A stretch of 36,806 nucleotides of DNA from Catajapyx aquilonaris (GCA_000934665.2 KZ539016.1:1-36806), one strand, 5' to 3'; counted from the first letter of the stretch, positions 1-10,066 are shown. Notes: generated from the sequence alone by a model not told the origin. Translations and numbers: made by a program.

Positions 1-73
1 GTTCTGCTATGTTGGACAAAATTGCATGGAAAATCCTATCCCACTGCCAGGTGTAGAAGAATTTTCTGCAATA

Positions 74-1050
74 CAGGTTGTATCAAAGTAACAGGTCAAG
101 AGCGCAAAATGGGGTGGGGAAAAATCATAGGAGGTGATAACCCAGGTTGGTTTTATAAAACAATTAGCATTAAGGTAGTAATCGATTTTTTATTTCGCCA
201 TGATATCACATCCTTTCTGTTTGAATTGAAAGGCGGGTGCCGTGTGAGAGCAGCTCTCTAGCCTTGCAGATTGCACTGAACAAGGCGCTACAGTACGGTG
301 CGTACGGTAGTACAGTATGTTGTATGCTTGTACTGTAGTACAGCACTGCACTGGCTGGATAATGCCTGTGTACAGTAGTGTACGGTACTGTAGCAGTAAC
401 TGTATCACACATCATGACAGGTGCTCCTCGTACCGTATGCACCAAGGCAATGGAGGAAGACGTTCTGGACATGGTTTCCCATCGATTGGCACCTGTGAAG
501 TCGGTATGCATTCAGTAAGTATACCGTGACTACAGAAAATGCTGGAACTGGCGCCCTTTTACCCGGATGCTCTCATGGATGATCCCCCACACACTGGAAT
601 GACTGCTGTGCACTCTGCGACCAACTTCACGGGTGCTGATCGATGGGTCCATGGCTACCATGTTCTTCCTCCATTGCCATGGTACGTGCGGTACGAGGGG
701 CACCTGTCATGATGTGCGATACAGTACTGTTACAGTACCATACACTACTGTACACAGGCATTATCCAGCCAGTGCAGTGCTGTACTACAGTACAGGCATA
801 CAACATACTGTACTACTGTACATACTGTACCGTAGCGCCTTGTTCAGTGCAATCCGCAAGGCTGGAGAGCCGCTCTACACATAGCACCCACCTTTCAATT
901 CAAACAAAAAGGATGTGACATCATGCTGAAATAAAAAATCGATTACTACCTTAATGCTAATTGTTTTATAAAACTGACCTGGGTTATCGCCTGCTACGAT
1001 TTTTCCCCACCCCCTCCTGCGCAGTTGACCCGTCACTCTGAAACACCCTG
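74..1050. mobile_element. Tc1/mariner-type fold-back MITE with ~430-bp inverted arms
   Basis: TA|CAGGTTGTATCA...TGAAACACCCTG|TA. The arms are reverse complements over ~74-510 vs ~620-1050 and carry many TACAGTA/TACTGTA motifs. Confidence 0.9.
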
Positions 1051-1113
1051 TAGACAAGTTTCTGTTATGTTCATTTTATTCAGGACATGCTGCAAGCAGG
1101 TCTCACTGTTATG

Positions 1114-1615
1114 GGGCAATTCCACGAAAGGCGGCCATATTGTCCGTACGTAACGCAGGTTTTGCAGACATGTATAGTAGCCGGCGAGTTAAGTTGAGAA
1201 TCCCCCACCCCTCACTCCCAGCCAATGACGAAGCTAGATTTGGAAGGTTTTAAATGGTGCCAACACAGCTTAAGGCGTCGAACTCAAAGGATGTTAATCC
1301 GGGGGCCCTGCTGGCACTCCTGCTCTAGGCTTCCCCGGCTTCCCCCCATCCCCTTTCCCCCCTTTCTCACCAAACCGTGTTTTCCTTATGGGCTGAGGTA
1401 GGAGGTAGTGGTGGTGGGGGTCTGGGGTCCCTCCCTTTTCTCAGGTTAGAGCGCCGAGCCCTATACTAGCGTATTTTATTGTAACAATACCCACACATTA
1501 CATGAAATGGATTAAGCATGCAGTGCATGCATCCTGGCATTGTTATAATAAAATACTCTTGTGCTCGTAGGCAACACTTGCGTTACGTACGGACGGCTGC
1601 GCCATGGAATTGCCC
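1114..1615. mobile_element. Non-autonomous DNA transposon with 4-bp TSD (Sola2-like termini)
   Basis: TATG|GGGCAATTCC...CGTACGTAACGCA and TGCGTTACGTACG...GGAATTGCCC|TATG. GRG termini plus a 4-bp TSD fit Sola2. Confidence 0.7.
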
Positions 1616-1728
1616 TATGATGATATAAGGCTGAGTACATTATAAGATTGAATAAGTTTTTTACTTGGAAATCAAAAGTACCGGTAAGGTAATAAATTAA
1701 ACTGCTTAATATTTTTGATTCAGTTCTA

Positions 1729-2517
1729 CAGTGGTGCATCATACTGTCTTCGAACTTAATTCGTTCTAGGAGGCCGTTTGAACTTGAATTGTGCTAAGTC
1801 TGAATCAATTTTCCCATTAGAAATAATGGGAAGTGACTTAATCTGTTCCCAGACCCTAAACAATATCCATTTTAATAGGGGAGACGGAGTGGCGCCGCGG
1901 TAACGCGCGCGCCCACGGAAGTTAAGGTCCCGGGTTCAATCCCCACCCGGGGTTCCCACCTTCTTTCGTGCAGAGTTGGGCCATCTCTGGCTTCGTTTCG
2001 GGTGGCAATTTCCGGCAGACTAAGCCACCCGGGGGAGTTCACAAAATGACGATTAGAGACATTGCACTTGCACTTTGCACATCCCCTCCCACCCACCCTT
2101 GGAGCATACTAATTAAGATTCTTCTTAAACTCGCTCCAAAAACAATTCCAAAGGTGGCAACCCACCCCCCCTAAGGAGTAGTATAACTCCCCCCGTGGGG
2201 TAAGGAAAAAAAAAAAAAAAATCAATTTTAAGGAACTTCCCCAGCAAATACACATTATCTAAGGTAAAAATAACACAATTAAATGCACAAAATAATTAAA
2301 ACCTGAAACCCATTAAATAGATAAACACTGTAAAGTGAAAAAAGCACTGAAAACACATGAGCGTAACACAACAGATGCTTTCATAGTGACAGACGACTTG
2401 GGCACACAACAGACTGCGTTTATGCAGCGAAAGCATTTAGAACTTGAAGCATTGTTCGAACTCCTAATCGAATTTGGCATTCGAACTCTTGAGCATTCAA
2501 AGTACAAGGTACCACTG
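1729..2517. mobile_element. pogo/Tigger-like MITE interrupted by a SINE
   Basis: TA|CAGTGGTG...GTACCACTG|TA. Related sequence occurs at ~8414-8510 and from 34579. Confidence 0.8.
1878..2221 (+). mobile_element. tRNA-derived SINE, family A (poly-A tail)
   Basis: A-box TGGCGCCGCGG, B-box GGTTCAATCCC, poly-A tail, imperfect flanking duplication. A second copy lies at 24641-24990 (-). Confidence 0.9.
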
Positions 2518-2539
2518 TACTTTGATTCATTTGATACAG

Positions 2540-2698
2540 GAGGAAGAGGCAGAAAAGGCAGTGATCAAGCCAGTCGATTTTGAGATAACTCCCGAGTCCT
2601 TGCAGAACATCAAAGAGAAAGTCCGTGTCCCCAGATTCAAAATCACTGGGAAGTTGGACTCGACTGTTTGCTGTTTGGCCAAGCCTTTTACAGGAGAG
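2540..2698 (+). CDS. VPS26C: VPS26C/DSCR3 (retriever complex subunit), internal exon
   Basis: cag|EEEAEKAVIKPVDFEITPESLQNIKEKVRVPRFKITGKLDSTVCCLAKPFTGE|gtaggg. Matches the DSCR3 motif PVDFxITPExLQNvKE. Confidence 0.95.
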
Positions 2699-2761
2699 GT
2701 AGGGGAAAGTGAGCTTTAACATTATATGGCCCATGATAATTGCTGTTTTTTCCTGCCTCAG

Positions 2762-2858
2762 TTAGTGGTGCATACTTGTGATGCACCCATCAAGTCAATT
2801 GAGCTCCAGTTGGTACGAGTTGAGACTTGTGGCTGTGCAGAAGGTTATGCAAAAGATG
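2762..2858 (+). CDS. VPS26C: VPS26C internal exon
   Basis: cag|LVVHTCDAPIKSIELQLVRVETCGCAEGYAKD|gtaag. Contains the diagnostic ELQLVRVETCGCAEGY motif. Confidence 0.97.
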
Positions 2859-3053
2859 GTAAGTTTGTCATACAGATCCCAGACTACAGCATATAATTGC
2901 TGCTAGAGATAGAATGTTATACCGCTGGAAATGTATAAAAATATTTGGCTTTAGGGTTACCACATGGATTTGGGATTTTCATTACATTTTTGGTACTGCT
3001 TTGATGTAGTGGTTAAGGGTTAACCAGGTTGCTAATATCCATGTCTGTTACAG

Positions 3054-3179
3054 CAACAGAGATCCAGAACATTCAAATAGGTGAAGGGGATGTGACTCGA
3101 GGGATACCTGTACCAATATACATGGTATTCCCCAGGCTGTTCACTTGCCCAACCCTCAACACAAGCAACTTCAAAGTCG
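3054..3179 (+). CDS. VPS26C: VPS26C internal exon
   Basis: cag|(A)TEIQNIQIGEGDVTRGIPVPIYMVFPRLFTCPTLNTSNFKV|gtcagt. Phase 1-1. Confidence 0.97.
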
Positions 3180-3250
3180 GTCAGTAATATTTATCCCTGC
3201 ATGTAGACTTATCAAAATTTTATAATTGATCACTTTTCTTGTTTTGGCAG

Positions 3251-3333
3251 AATTTGAAGTGAACTTGGTGGTGATATTCCAGGATGATCACCTCATTACA
3301 GAGAATTTTCCTATTCGACTAACTCGGTTTTGA
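3251..3333 (+). CDS. VPS26C: VPS26C last coding exon
   Basis: cag|(E)FEVNLVVIFQDDHLITENFPIRLTRF-TGA. Matches the family C-terminus (HLITENFP). Confidence 0.96.
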
Positions 3334-3693
3334 TTTACTGCACTTGGGAAAGAATTTGTTTTGCAGGCTGAAATCTGCAGGACCAAAACTTATGTACATA
3401 GCCTACTCATTGAATACAATACTATCCAATATTCCAGTGACTTTCTTTCTGTATCAAGTTCAACTGTCATAGCATAGTCCTGAAGTAAAGTCCACTTGAC
3501 CTTATAAGAGTGCTGCACATCTTAAATACAGGGTGATTCTCTCGAATGGAAACCCAAACATTCCTCTATAACTTTTTAACTATGGCATGGTTCCAGATGA
3601 AAATGGACATGTACTTACCTTGTAACATGCCAAACAAGGTCTGACTAAAGAATATATCAAAAGTGGTCCAGCATCCAAGAATTTTTTAATCCG

Positions 3694-3894
3694 AGTCTGC
3701 ATATTGCCGAAGACTCCTGCAGATAGGCGGCGGCGATCCCATCCCTCTCCCACCCACCTGCCAGCTTGGTGAGGGGGCGTCTCAAGGCAACGGACCGTTG
3801 CCTTGAGATGCCCTCTCGCCAAGTACGTGGGCGGGTGGGAGATGGATGGGATCGCCACCGCCTATCTGCAGGAGTCTTCGGCAATATGCAGACT
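3694..3894. repeat. 201-bp GC-rich near-perfect palindrome
   Basis: AGTCTGCATATTGCCGAAGACTCCTGCAGATAGGCGG...CCGCCTATCTGCAGGAGTCTTCGGCAATATGCAGACT, centred on 3794. A lone TA|CAGGGTG end at 3528 suggests a TE core. Confidence 0.9.
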
Positions 3895-4141
3895 TTGACA
3901 GGTTTTTAGATCTTTCACATCAGCGGAAACGGTTTAATGTTTTCCCAATAGCTCACTTATTGACTGTTGTACCCTCACCCTTCTGCTACATATCCATGTG
4001 CATTTCATAACAATTACTTTTACCTGTTACAAAAATATTCACATTTGTCACTCACCTCGTATTGTGGGTGACTTTGTGACAATCACATGTTCATGCACAA
4101 TCGCCATCTCAGGTAAACTTACTGATTTTTACTGTAATGTG

Positions 4142-4571
4142 TAATTAAATCGTGGAAATCAAAACTGCACTACGTTGCATTTTCAAGATTTGCGAATCTC
4201 GACCTTATTGAACGAAGCCTATAATAACGAGAATACAGATCGCTCGTACGTGATATTGGTATCCACAAAGATTTGGCAAAACTGTCGACATACCAGCTGG
4301 TCCGAACCCCATTAGTTGAACGACGACTGAATGGCAAGCGACAGTTGGACCTCCCCGCAGAGGCCAAAAAAAACATAGCATGGTTTTGATTTCCACACCA
4401 TCGAGCGTCGAACCACCTGGTATGTCAACAGTTTCGCCAAATCTTTCCGTGGATCCAATATCACACACGAGCGATCTGTATTTTCGTTATTATAGGCTTC
4501 ATTCAATAAGGTCGAGATTCGCAATCTTGAAAATGGAACATAGCCCTGTTTTGATTTCCACGATTCAATTA
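4142..4571. mobile_element. Fold-back MITE with ~160-bp inverted arms (unclassified)
   Basis: TAATTAAATCGTGGAAATCAAAAC...GTTTTGATTTCCACGATTCAATTA. Confidence 0.8.
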
Positions 4572-4581
4572 ATATTAATTC

Positions 4582-4923
4582 GGGAGGCGGAGTGGTGATG
4601 CGGTAACGTATGCGCCCACGGATGTTAAGGTCCCGGGTTCGATCCCAGCCCGGGGACACCCCCTTCATCTTGTGCAGAGTTCAGGGTCACCCTGGCTTCG
4701 GCTCAGGTGGTATTTCCTACAGACTAAACCACCCGGGGGAGTTCACTAAAAATGGCCACGTTTAAGACATTGCACTGCACCTTGCACATCCCCTCCTGTC
4801 ATCCTGCCCGTGGGCCCAGGCGCTTCAATAATTAGGTTCCAAATATGTACATCGTACAAATAAAGGTCCGTGCTGCATGCCGAGAAGGCCAAGCACTACC
4901 TGGATATTATTATTATTATATTT
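4582..4923 (+). mobile_element. tRNA-derived SINE, family B ((TTA)n tail)
   Basis: A-box TGGTGATGCGG, B-box GGTTCGATCCC, 10-bp TSD ATATTAATTC (4572-4581 and 4924-4933). Confidence 0.92.
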
Positions 4924-5466
4924 ATATTAATTCACACGTATACATGAATTCTTGAAGGTCTCTTTCAATGGGATTCTGCAATTTCAACAGGGAAAAATTT
5001 CAAAGTCTGTGAGTATCGGTTTATTTTTTATTTTTTCAAAATAAAATCCTGCATACAGTACTGCTATAAGTAGCTTGCAGTAGTATACTTTTTTTTGCAA
5101 GCCATTCTACGCAATACTTAAGAATTGCTTGACTATGACCTATGGTACAGTACAGAGTAAATCAATATTATTGGTGAAGGTTCTAGTACTTTCATTCCAC
5201 CACAGGTCTTGCTACCTTTTTTTTTTTTGACTGAAAGGAATGTTTTTGTTCTTATTAATTTCAGTTATCTTAATAGTAGTAATTAGTAAAATGACACTGC
5301 ATTTAACAACAACACAGTTTCTTGCACAGCGGTCAATCATGAACTTGGTTTGTTGATGGCAGGAACTGTGAAGTGTTCTGAGACGTAGATTTTGCTCAGT
5401 TTCAAAAAATAAGAACTTGTGTGAACTGCCACAAAAATTAAAATATGGAATCTGCTACGTGATCGA

Positions 5467-5628
5467 CTACTTATGTATCAACAGTGCAAAAAGAACTGTC
5501 CCAGTCATCCTGACGTGTGGGCTGGCCGCTCGACACACACCATGTAAGTTACATGGTGTGTGTCGAGCGGGCAGCACACACATCAGGATGACTGGGACAG
5601 TTCTTTTTGAACTGATGATACATAGTAG
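5467..5628. repeat. 162-bp palindromic mini-element
   Basis: Arms AAAAAGAACTGTCCCAGTCATCCTGA / TCAGGATGACTGGGACAGTTCTTTTT, centre at 5548. Confidence 0.88.
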
Positions 5629-5974
5629 AACTTTAACTGATGCACACCACGTGTCCTTACATGAATCATTCTCGAAAATTGAGCTTGGGTGCTAGAAGGG
5701 GATATGTAACAGGAATGTCTCAGTCAGGACACCAGTACAAATGAAGCAATTATCAAATCTGCATTGAACACCACAACAGCTTCTTGCCGAATGGAGTCGT
5801 GTGCGAGTATTCAGAGCAATGTTCCTTTCCACGTTTGCAACTGGCAGGGACTCATTTCAGTGAGGTGAGGAATGAAGAATTCCATCCTGTCCCCAGTAGA
5901 AACTCTGATTCTGAATGTGACACAAATGATGCAGTCCATCCACCTCACAAGTGATACATCATATCCCCCCAATG

Positions 5975-6085
5975 GTATCTCCACCTTGGCATGGTGGTGG
6001 GGCAGGTATTTCTTCCGTGAGCCCGAAGAGCTTCGCTGGTGGCAGCTTCATCTACTGGCAGGGTCTCCCAAGCGGTACTGGTCTT
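5975..6085 (+). mobile_element. Possible RTE-clade non-LTR retrotransposon 5' UTR fragment
   Basis: CCACCTTGGCATGGTGGTGGGGC...CCGAAGAGCTTCGC...CTGGCAGGGTCTCCCA resembles RTE/Expander 5' ends as I recall them. No ORF follows. Confidence 0.45.
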
Positions 6086-6895
6086 ACTCTTATTTTTTCT
6101 CTTAGTTTCTGTCTCCATCTGACCCACCCTTGTATCTTCTAATAGCCAGATAGCCACAGTTGCTTTGGCTCCTTCCTAATCAAACTAAATCAAACGATAT
6201 ATGCATATATCATACCCAAAATGGCTGAGAACAAAGTAAGATCAAAACCATGTAACAGATGCTGGAAAATTTTTCACATTGCCAAAGGTCCCCAGCCATT
6301 ACTGCATATCCTCTTCAGGCAGAATCTATGCCGAAAGCACTTTCTGGAACTACAGCCTCATGCATGATGTGTACTTGGCATGGTTCAATGTGAAAGGTGA
6401 CACTTGTGAAAGCCATCAATGGTTTGTCACACAACTTACAAAAGAAAAAGTCAGCATACTGTTCCTTGGAAGGACTAATGTGATATAGGCATTGCTTTTG
6501 ACAGTGGCAACTTGTTTGAGGATACCTATGATTTTCACATAATAATGAAGAATGAGACATCACCTGCTAAATGTGATGCAAATGGAAAAGCATCTGATTC
6601 TGTTGAGGTAATCATGTGACCTGCTACGGTTACAATCACAATGGATGTTCAAAATGAGCTGCTATGCCCAAAATAGCAAGCCATTGCTGTGTTATTGCGA
6701 TACTTTTGTAATTTTTTTGTCACGTCTATAATTCATGTATTCACATTGCAATTCATTGTTGCATTTAATATATAAATTTGTTTTAAGAGGAACAATCTAT
6801 GTAGCTTTTTAGGCCTCCTAAAAAGTTGGTATGTCACCATATAGGTTTTTCCTTTACACGACAATTCAAACTGCTGCACTTCCTGCACTTCCTTA

Positions 6896-7295
6896 AGGCC
6901 TGTTCTCAAAGCTTTTCTTACGCAAAATCATGCTCTCACAGTGCAATCACAGCTGTTGGGAATGATTCAGTGAGAAAGGTGTGACAGCACCTGTACTAGT
7001 AGAATTCTTCGTATAAATACTACTGGCATTCTACGCCAAAAATGGAGGAGATGCCAGCTCTTTCGAATCAATCAGATTGCAGGTCGAAGTCACGTGATCA
7101 GTTCAAATGTGATATTTTCCCACCAAACTTTCTTTTATCCACATCATATGGTTTCCAGGGTAATGTAGCTGCCACAGCTGACTGTAAACACTTGACGTTG
7201 GAAACGGCATTACTTGAACTAGCTGTGACAGCTGCAGTAAGAGGGTGCTGCCACAGTGCAATTTTGCATAAAAACGCTGCTGTGGGAACAGGCCT
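6896..7295. mobile_element. PIF/Harbinger-type MITE just downstream of the ANAPC1 stop
   Basis: TTA|AGGCCTGTTCTCA...TGGGAACAGGCCT|TTA (3-bp TWA TSD). Confidence 0.82.
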
Positions 7296-7300
7296 TTATT
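7295..7300 (-). promoter_or_regulatory. Candidate ANAPC1 polyadenylation signal AATAAA
   Basis: TTTATT on + strand, the first canonical hexamer after the stop, ~75 nt downstream. Confidence 0.45.
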
Positions 7301-7373
7301 CTTACATGGCCAGAAAAAACTGGGCCAGTAAAGGAAATGAGAAGCAGACCTATAATAAAGCACAAATAAATGC

Positions 7374-7922
7374 TCATATGCCAGCACAGACAATCTGACC
7401 AGCAACCTTAGGTGGCAACTTTCGCAAAACTTTAATCTTATCCAACATCGGACGAGGGCCTGTGCCCCCCATCAGGCATAGCTTTGCAGGTATATCATGA
7501 AAAGTCACATAGGCTGCTAGTAGAGGACCATTACAGATCTCAGACAGTTCTTGCTCAAACCCTCTCAAATATATCTTCAGATCAGCTCGTATCCTCACTT
7601 CCCATACTTCCACCTCCAGTTTTCCTTTCTCCAGCATTGTCCAGGCTAATTGTGATTGACTCTCTCTTGGAAAGTGTGACAGGAGCTTGAGCTGCCAGAT
7701 AGCTCTTGAAGTGAGTCTGTTGCCCCCATTCTTGATGCCTTGCAGGCAGCTAAGGAGTGCTACTCCACAGGGAAGCCAATCTGGACGCTCCCTCACAACA
7801 CATTCGAGGGTAAGGATACGGAGTAATCCATGAAGGGAAAGTTCAGGGGAAGAAGGAGGAGGTGGAGGAATGTGCTCTAACTGGAGAAGTGAAGGGGGAC
7901 AGTGCACCATAGGGCTCCAATC
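7374..7922 (-). CDS. ANAPC1: Anaphase-promoting complex subunit 1, last coding exon
   Basis: tag|DWSPMVH...LECVVRERPDWLP...WQLKLL...LLAAYVTFHDIP...-TGA. Resembles the APC1 C-terminal motifs ECV..E.P, WQIKL and LACFLVYHSVP. Confidence 0.85.
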   Translation of the reverse strand, partial: DWSPMVHCPPSLLQLEHIPPPPPSSPELSLHGLLRILTLECVVRERPDWLPCGVALLSCLQGIKNGGNRLTSRAIWQLKLLSHFPRESQSQLAWTMLEKGKLEVEVWEVRIRADLKIYLRGFEQELSEICNGPLLAAYVTFHDIPAKLCLMGGTGPRPMLDKIKVLRKLPPKVAGQIVCAGI

Positions 7923-7997
7923 CTATAAAAAATAGCATAATATATAAATGTGATTCTGAAGATACACTGATTGGGAAGCTTGAAGACCAAGACTTGC

Positions 7998-8136
7998 CTT
8001 GACAAACCAGCAAGTGTCAGACATCTTCATGAGAGACCTTGTCACCTGGGCTGGAAACCCCCTCGTATATGCAATAGCTGGGATAGTATTGCTCCTTTGT
8101 TTAACTCCAAGGCACCCTCTCTTTGCCAGCAACTGC
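7998..8136 (-). CDS. ANAPC1: ANAPC1 exon (probable GC donor)
   Basis: cag|QLLAKRGCLGVKQRSN...TCWFVK|gcaagt. Similar to APC1 L.VK.R; in frame with both neighbours. Confidence 0.8.
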
Positions 8137-8211
8137 CTGAAAAAGGCAATACATGATATTTATTTTCCATGTCAAGTTCATCTCATGAAATCTAAACTTG
8201 AACAAGCTTGC

Positions 8212-8279
8212 CTCAGTTGATTCCAGTTCTTATCACGATGAAACTCAATGGACCAGTAGCAATCATCATCTATGATTAC
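8212..8279 (-). CDS. ANAPC1: ANAPC1 exon (GC donor)
   Basis: tag|VIIDDDCYWSIEFHRDKNWNQL(R)|gcaagc. Carries the APC1 YW motif that follows APCLLPEL. Confidence 0.85.
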
Positions 8280-8413
8280 CTAAAATAAATGAAAGGCATT
8301 TAGCCTGGAGTTCATGATTGACAGTAAACTCAGAACTTCTTGATCTTTGTTCTTAATTGTCTGTAACAATATCGTAAACATTTAATAACATGGATCTACC
8401 AAGAGCATTACAT

Positions 8414-8720
8414 CGGTACCTTGTACTTTGAATGACCCTGACTTCGAATGTTCCAGAGTTCAAATGCTAAATTGGAGAGAAATTCGATCCGGAGTTCGAA
8501 CAATGCTTCTAAGACCCCTTTTATATTGTCGATTTAGTCGAGGCTGCAGTGGGCGGGGCCTCCCAGTTGAACCCAAATTAGAGCAGGCTCTATTTCCTTT
8601 CGACTGGAAAGCTCTCCACTCAGGGCAGCCAACTGATCAAATGCCTGCGCATGGCAGACAGTCGCCTCGACTAAGTCGACAATGTAAGTAATGCCTATGT
8701 TCAAACTTCGTGCACAGTGA
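8414..8720. mobile_element. Tigger-like end fragment containing a Harbinger-like MITE (8513-8695)
   Basis: 8414-8510 matches the reverse complement of ~2445-2517. Inner IR ATTGTCGATTTAGTCGAGGC / GCCTCGACTAAGTCGACAAT. Confidence 0.65.
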
Positions 8721-8895
8721 AAAATGCTCTTACTGAGTAAGTGCCATATGTTGTTCCTCTCAATGTGTCAGGGCAGAATTTCTCTCCCTTCTCTGCCCAG
8801 GGCAAAGAAGGGGTTGTAATTTAGTCACAAACAACAACAACAAGGATTGCTGCCATGGTTGTCATGTTAACCAATTGTTATGTAATCTCATTTTA

Positions 8896-9025
8896 GGCCC
8901 CTAGTCTGATGACCCGGGGTAAGCTATCCCGGGGGCAATCACCATGGCAACATATGTAAAAGGATAGCAGTAAACAACCAGTTACCCCAGGGGGCAAGCT
9001 ACCCCGGGTCACCAGACTATATACC
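8896..9025. mobile_element. Small Harbinger-like MITE
   Basis: TTA|GG...TAGTCTGATGACCCGGGGTA...TACCCCGGGTCACCAGACTA...CC|TTA. Confidence 0.7.
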
Positions 9026-10066
9026 TTAATCATATGGATTCATTAAAATATAGTTCAACAAAGCATACAAAGGTAAGGGTGCAGTTTAGCGCCGCAAAAG
9101 TCTTGCAGGTTTCTATATATTTTCTGAATCTACTCGATGAGATGGGTCGAATGACACTATTCCTAGTGTGCAGAAATGCTTGGTTCAAGAGTAATTGAAT
9201 TTTGAAATTGCAAATAATAACAATGAATAAATGAAAATAAACAAGTGTTCCTTTGTCGAAACAGTTTACTCCCATTGGTGAGTGAATGAATATCCATGGT
9301 AGTTTTAAGCGTAGTTTGGGGGTTGTGTGTTCGCAGCAATACTGTCCGCCTTGTGGTGGCGTAGATGTGGGTGTTGGGGATGTGGCAAAGCCACAATAAC
9401 GTTCGTTGGCCTGCGGCGCCACAAGACGGGCAGTAAATGTTGCAGATACAAAACTCACAATAAGAGCCTAGCTCCGCTTACGCTCCACATTAACTAAAAT
9501 TATCACGCACGGGCGACGTACCGTGCCTGGCAGGGCCACAAGACGGACAGTACTGGTGCGGTCACACCAACGCCTCACAGATAACACCAACACAATCAGA
9601 GTGGGGCATGCCTTGAGTAATTAAAAAAGCTTAGGATTCATTTTATGGCAACACTTGTTGTGGGCAAGAGGCCTCGAGCAGTGGCCCAGGAGATACCAAC
9701 CTCCCTCATTACTTCCAGGAAGGCTTGCCCAATTCCAGATAAGCACCGATGCAATGCCTCGGCCATGGACGCTCCTGAATGATGTTAAATTAAACTTCTA
9801 CACTCTCGTTCTATGCCCAACGAACCAAGGACAACCGTTTATTTACATCATTCAGCATCCCTCACAGCATGTTGCCATGGAATCTCTCACGTTTCCACGG
9901 AGAATCACCTCACGCAACAATGGGAGTGAACAGTCTCTCATTTCTGACTCTGTGAAATACACCAGACCTATTCTGCGGCCCCAGGCAAGCCTTAATCACT
10001 TATCTACACTGTCCCTTGCATTTTGTCTGGAAAGCATTAAATACCTAGTGCAGTAAAAGTCACTAC

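Noticed and set aside
22..1057. Mirror-image ORFs with near-identical peptides on opposite strands (also 4170-4668 and 12773/14959)
   Set aside because: Artefacts of inverted-repeat arms; no recognisable protein.
1878..1955. tRNA-like genes here and at 4582, 24003, 31937 and 35726
   Set aside because: They have A/B boxes but continue into shared bodies with tails and TSDs, so they are SINE heads rather than tRNA genes.
2461..2539. TE-supplied branch point (CTAAT at 2464) for the VPS26C acceptor
   Set aside because: Several AG dinucleotides lie between it and the acceptor, and a closer TTGAT exists outside the element.
8906..8940. CTGATGA followed by a stem, resembling a hammerhead ribozyme core
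   Set aside because: No GAAA after the helix, and the motif is part of a MITE TIR mirrored at ~9000-9019.
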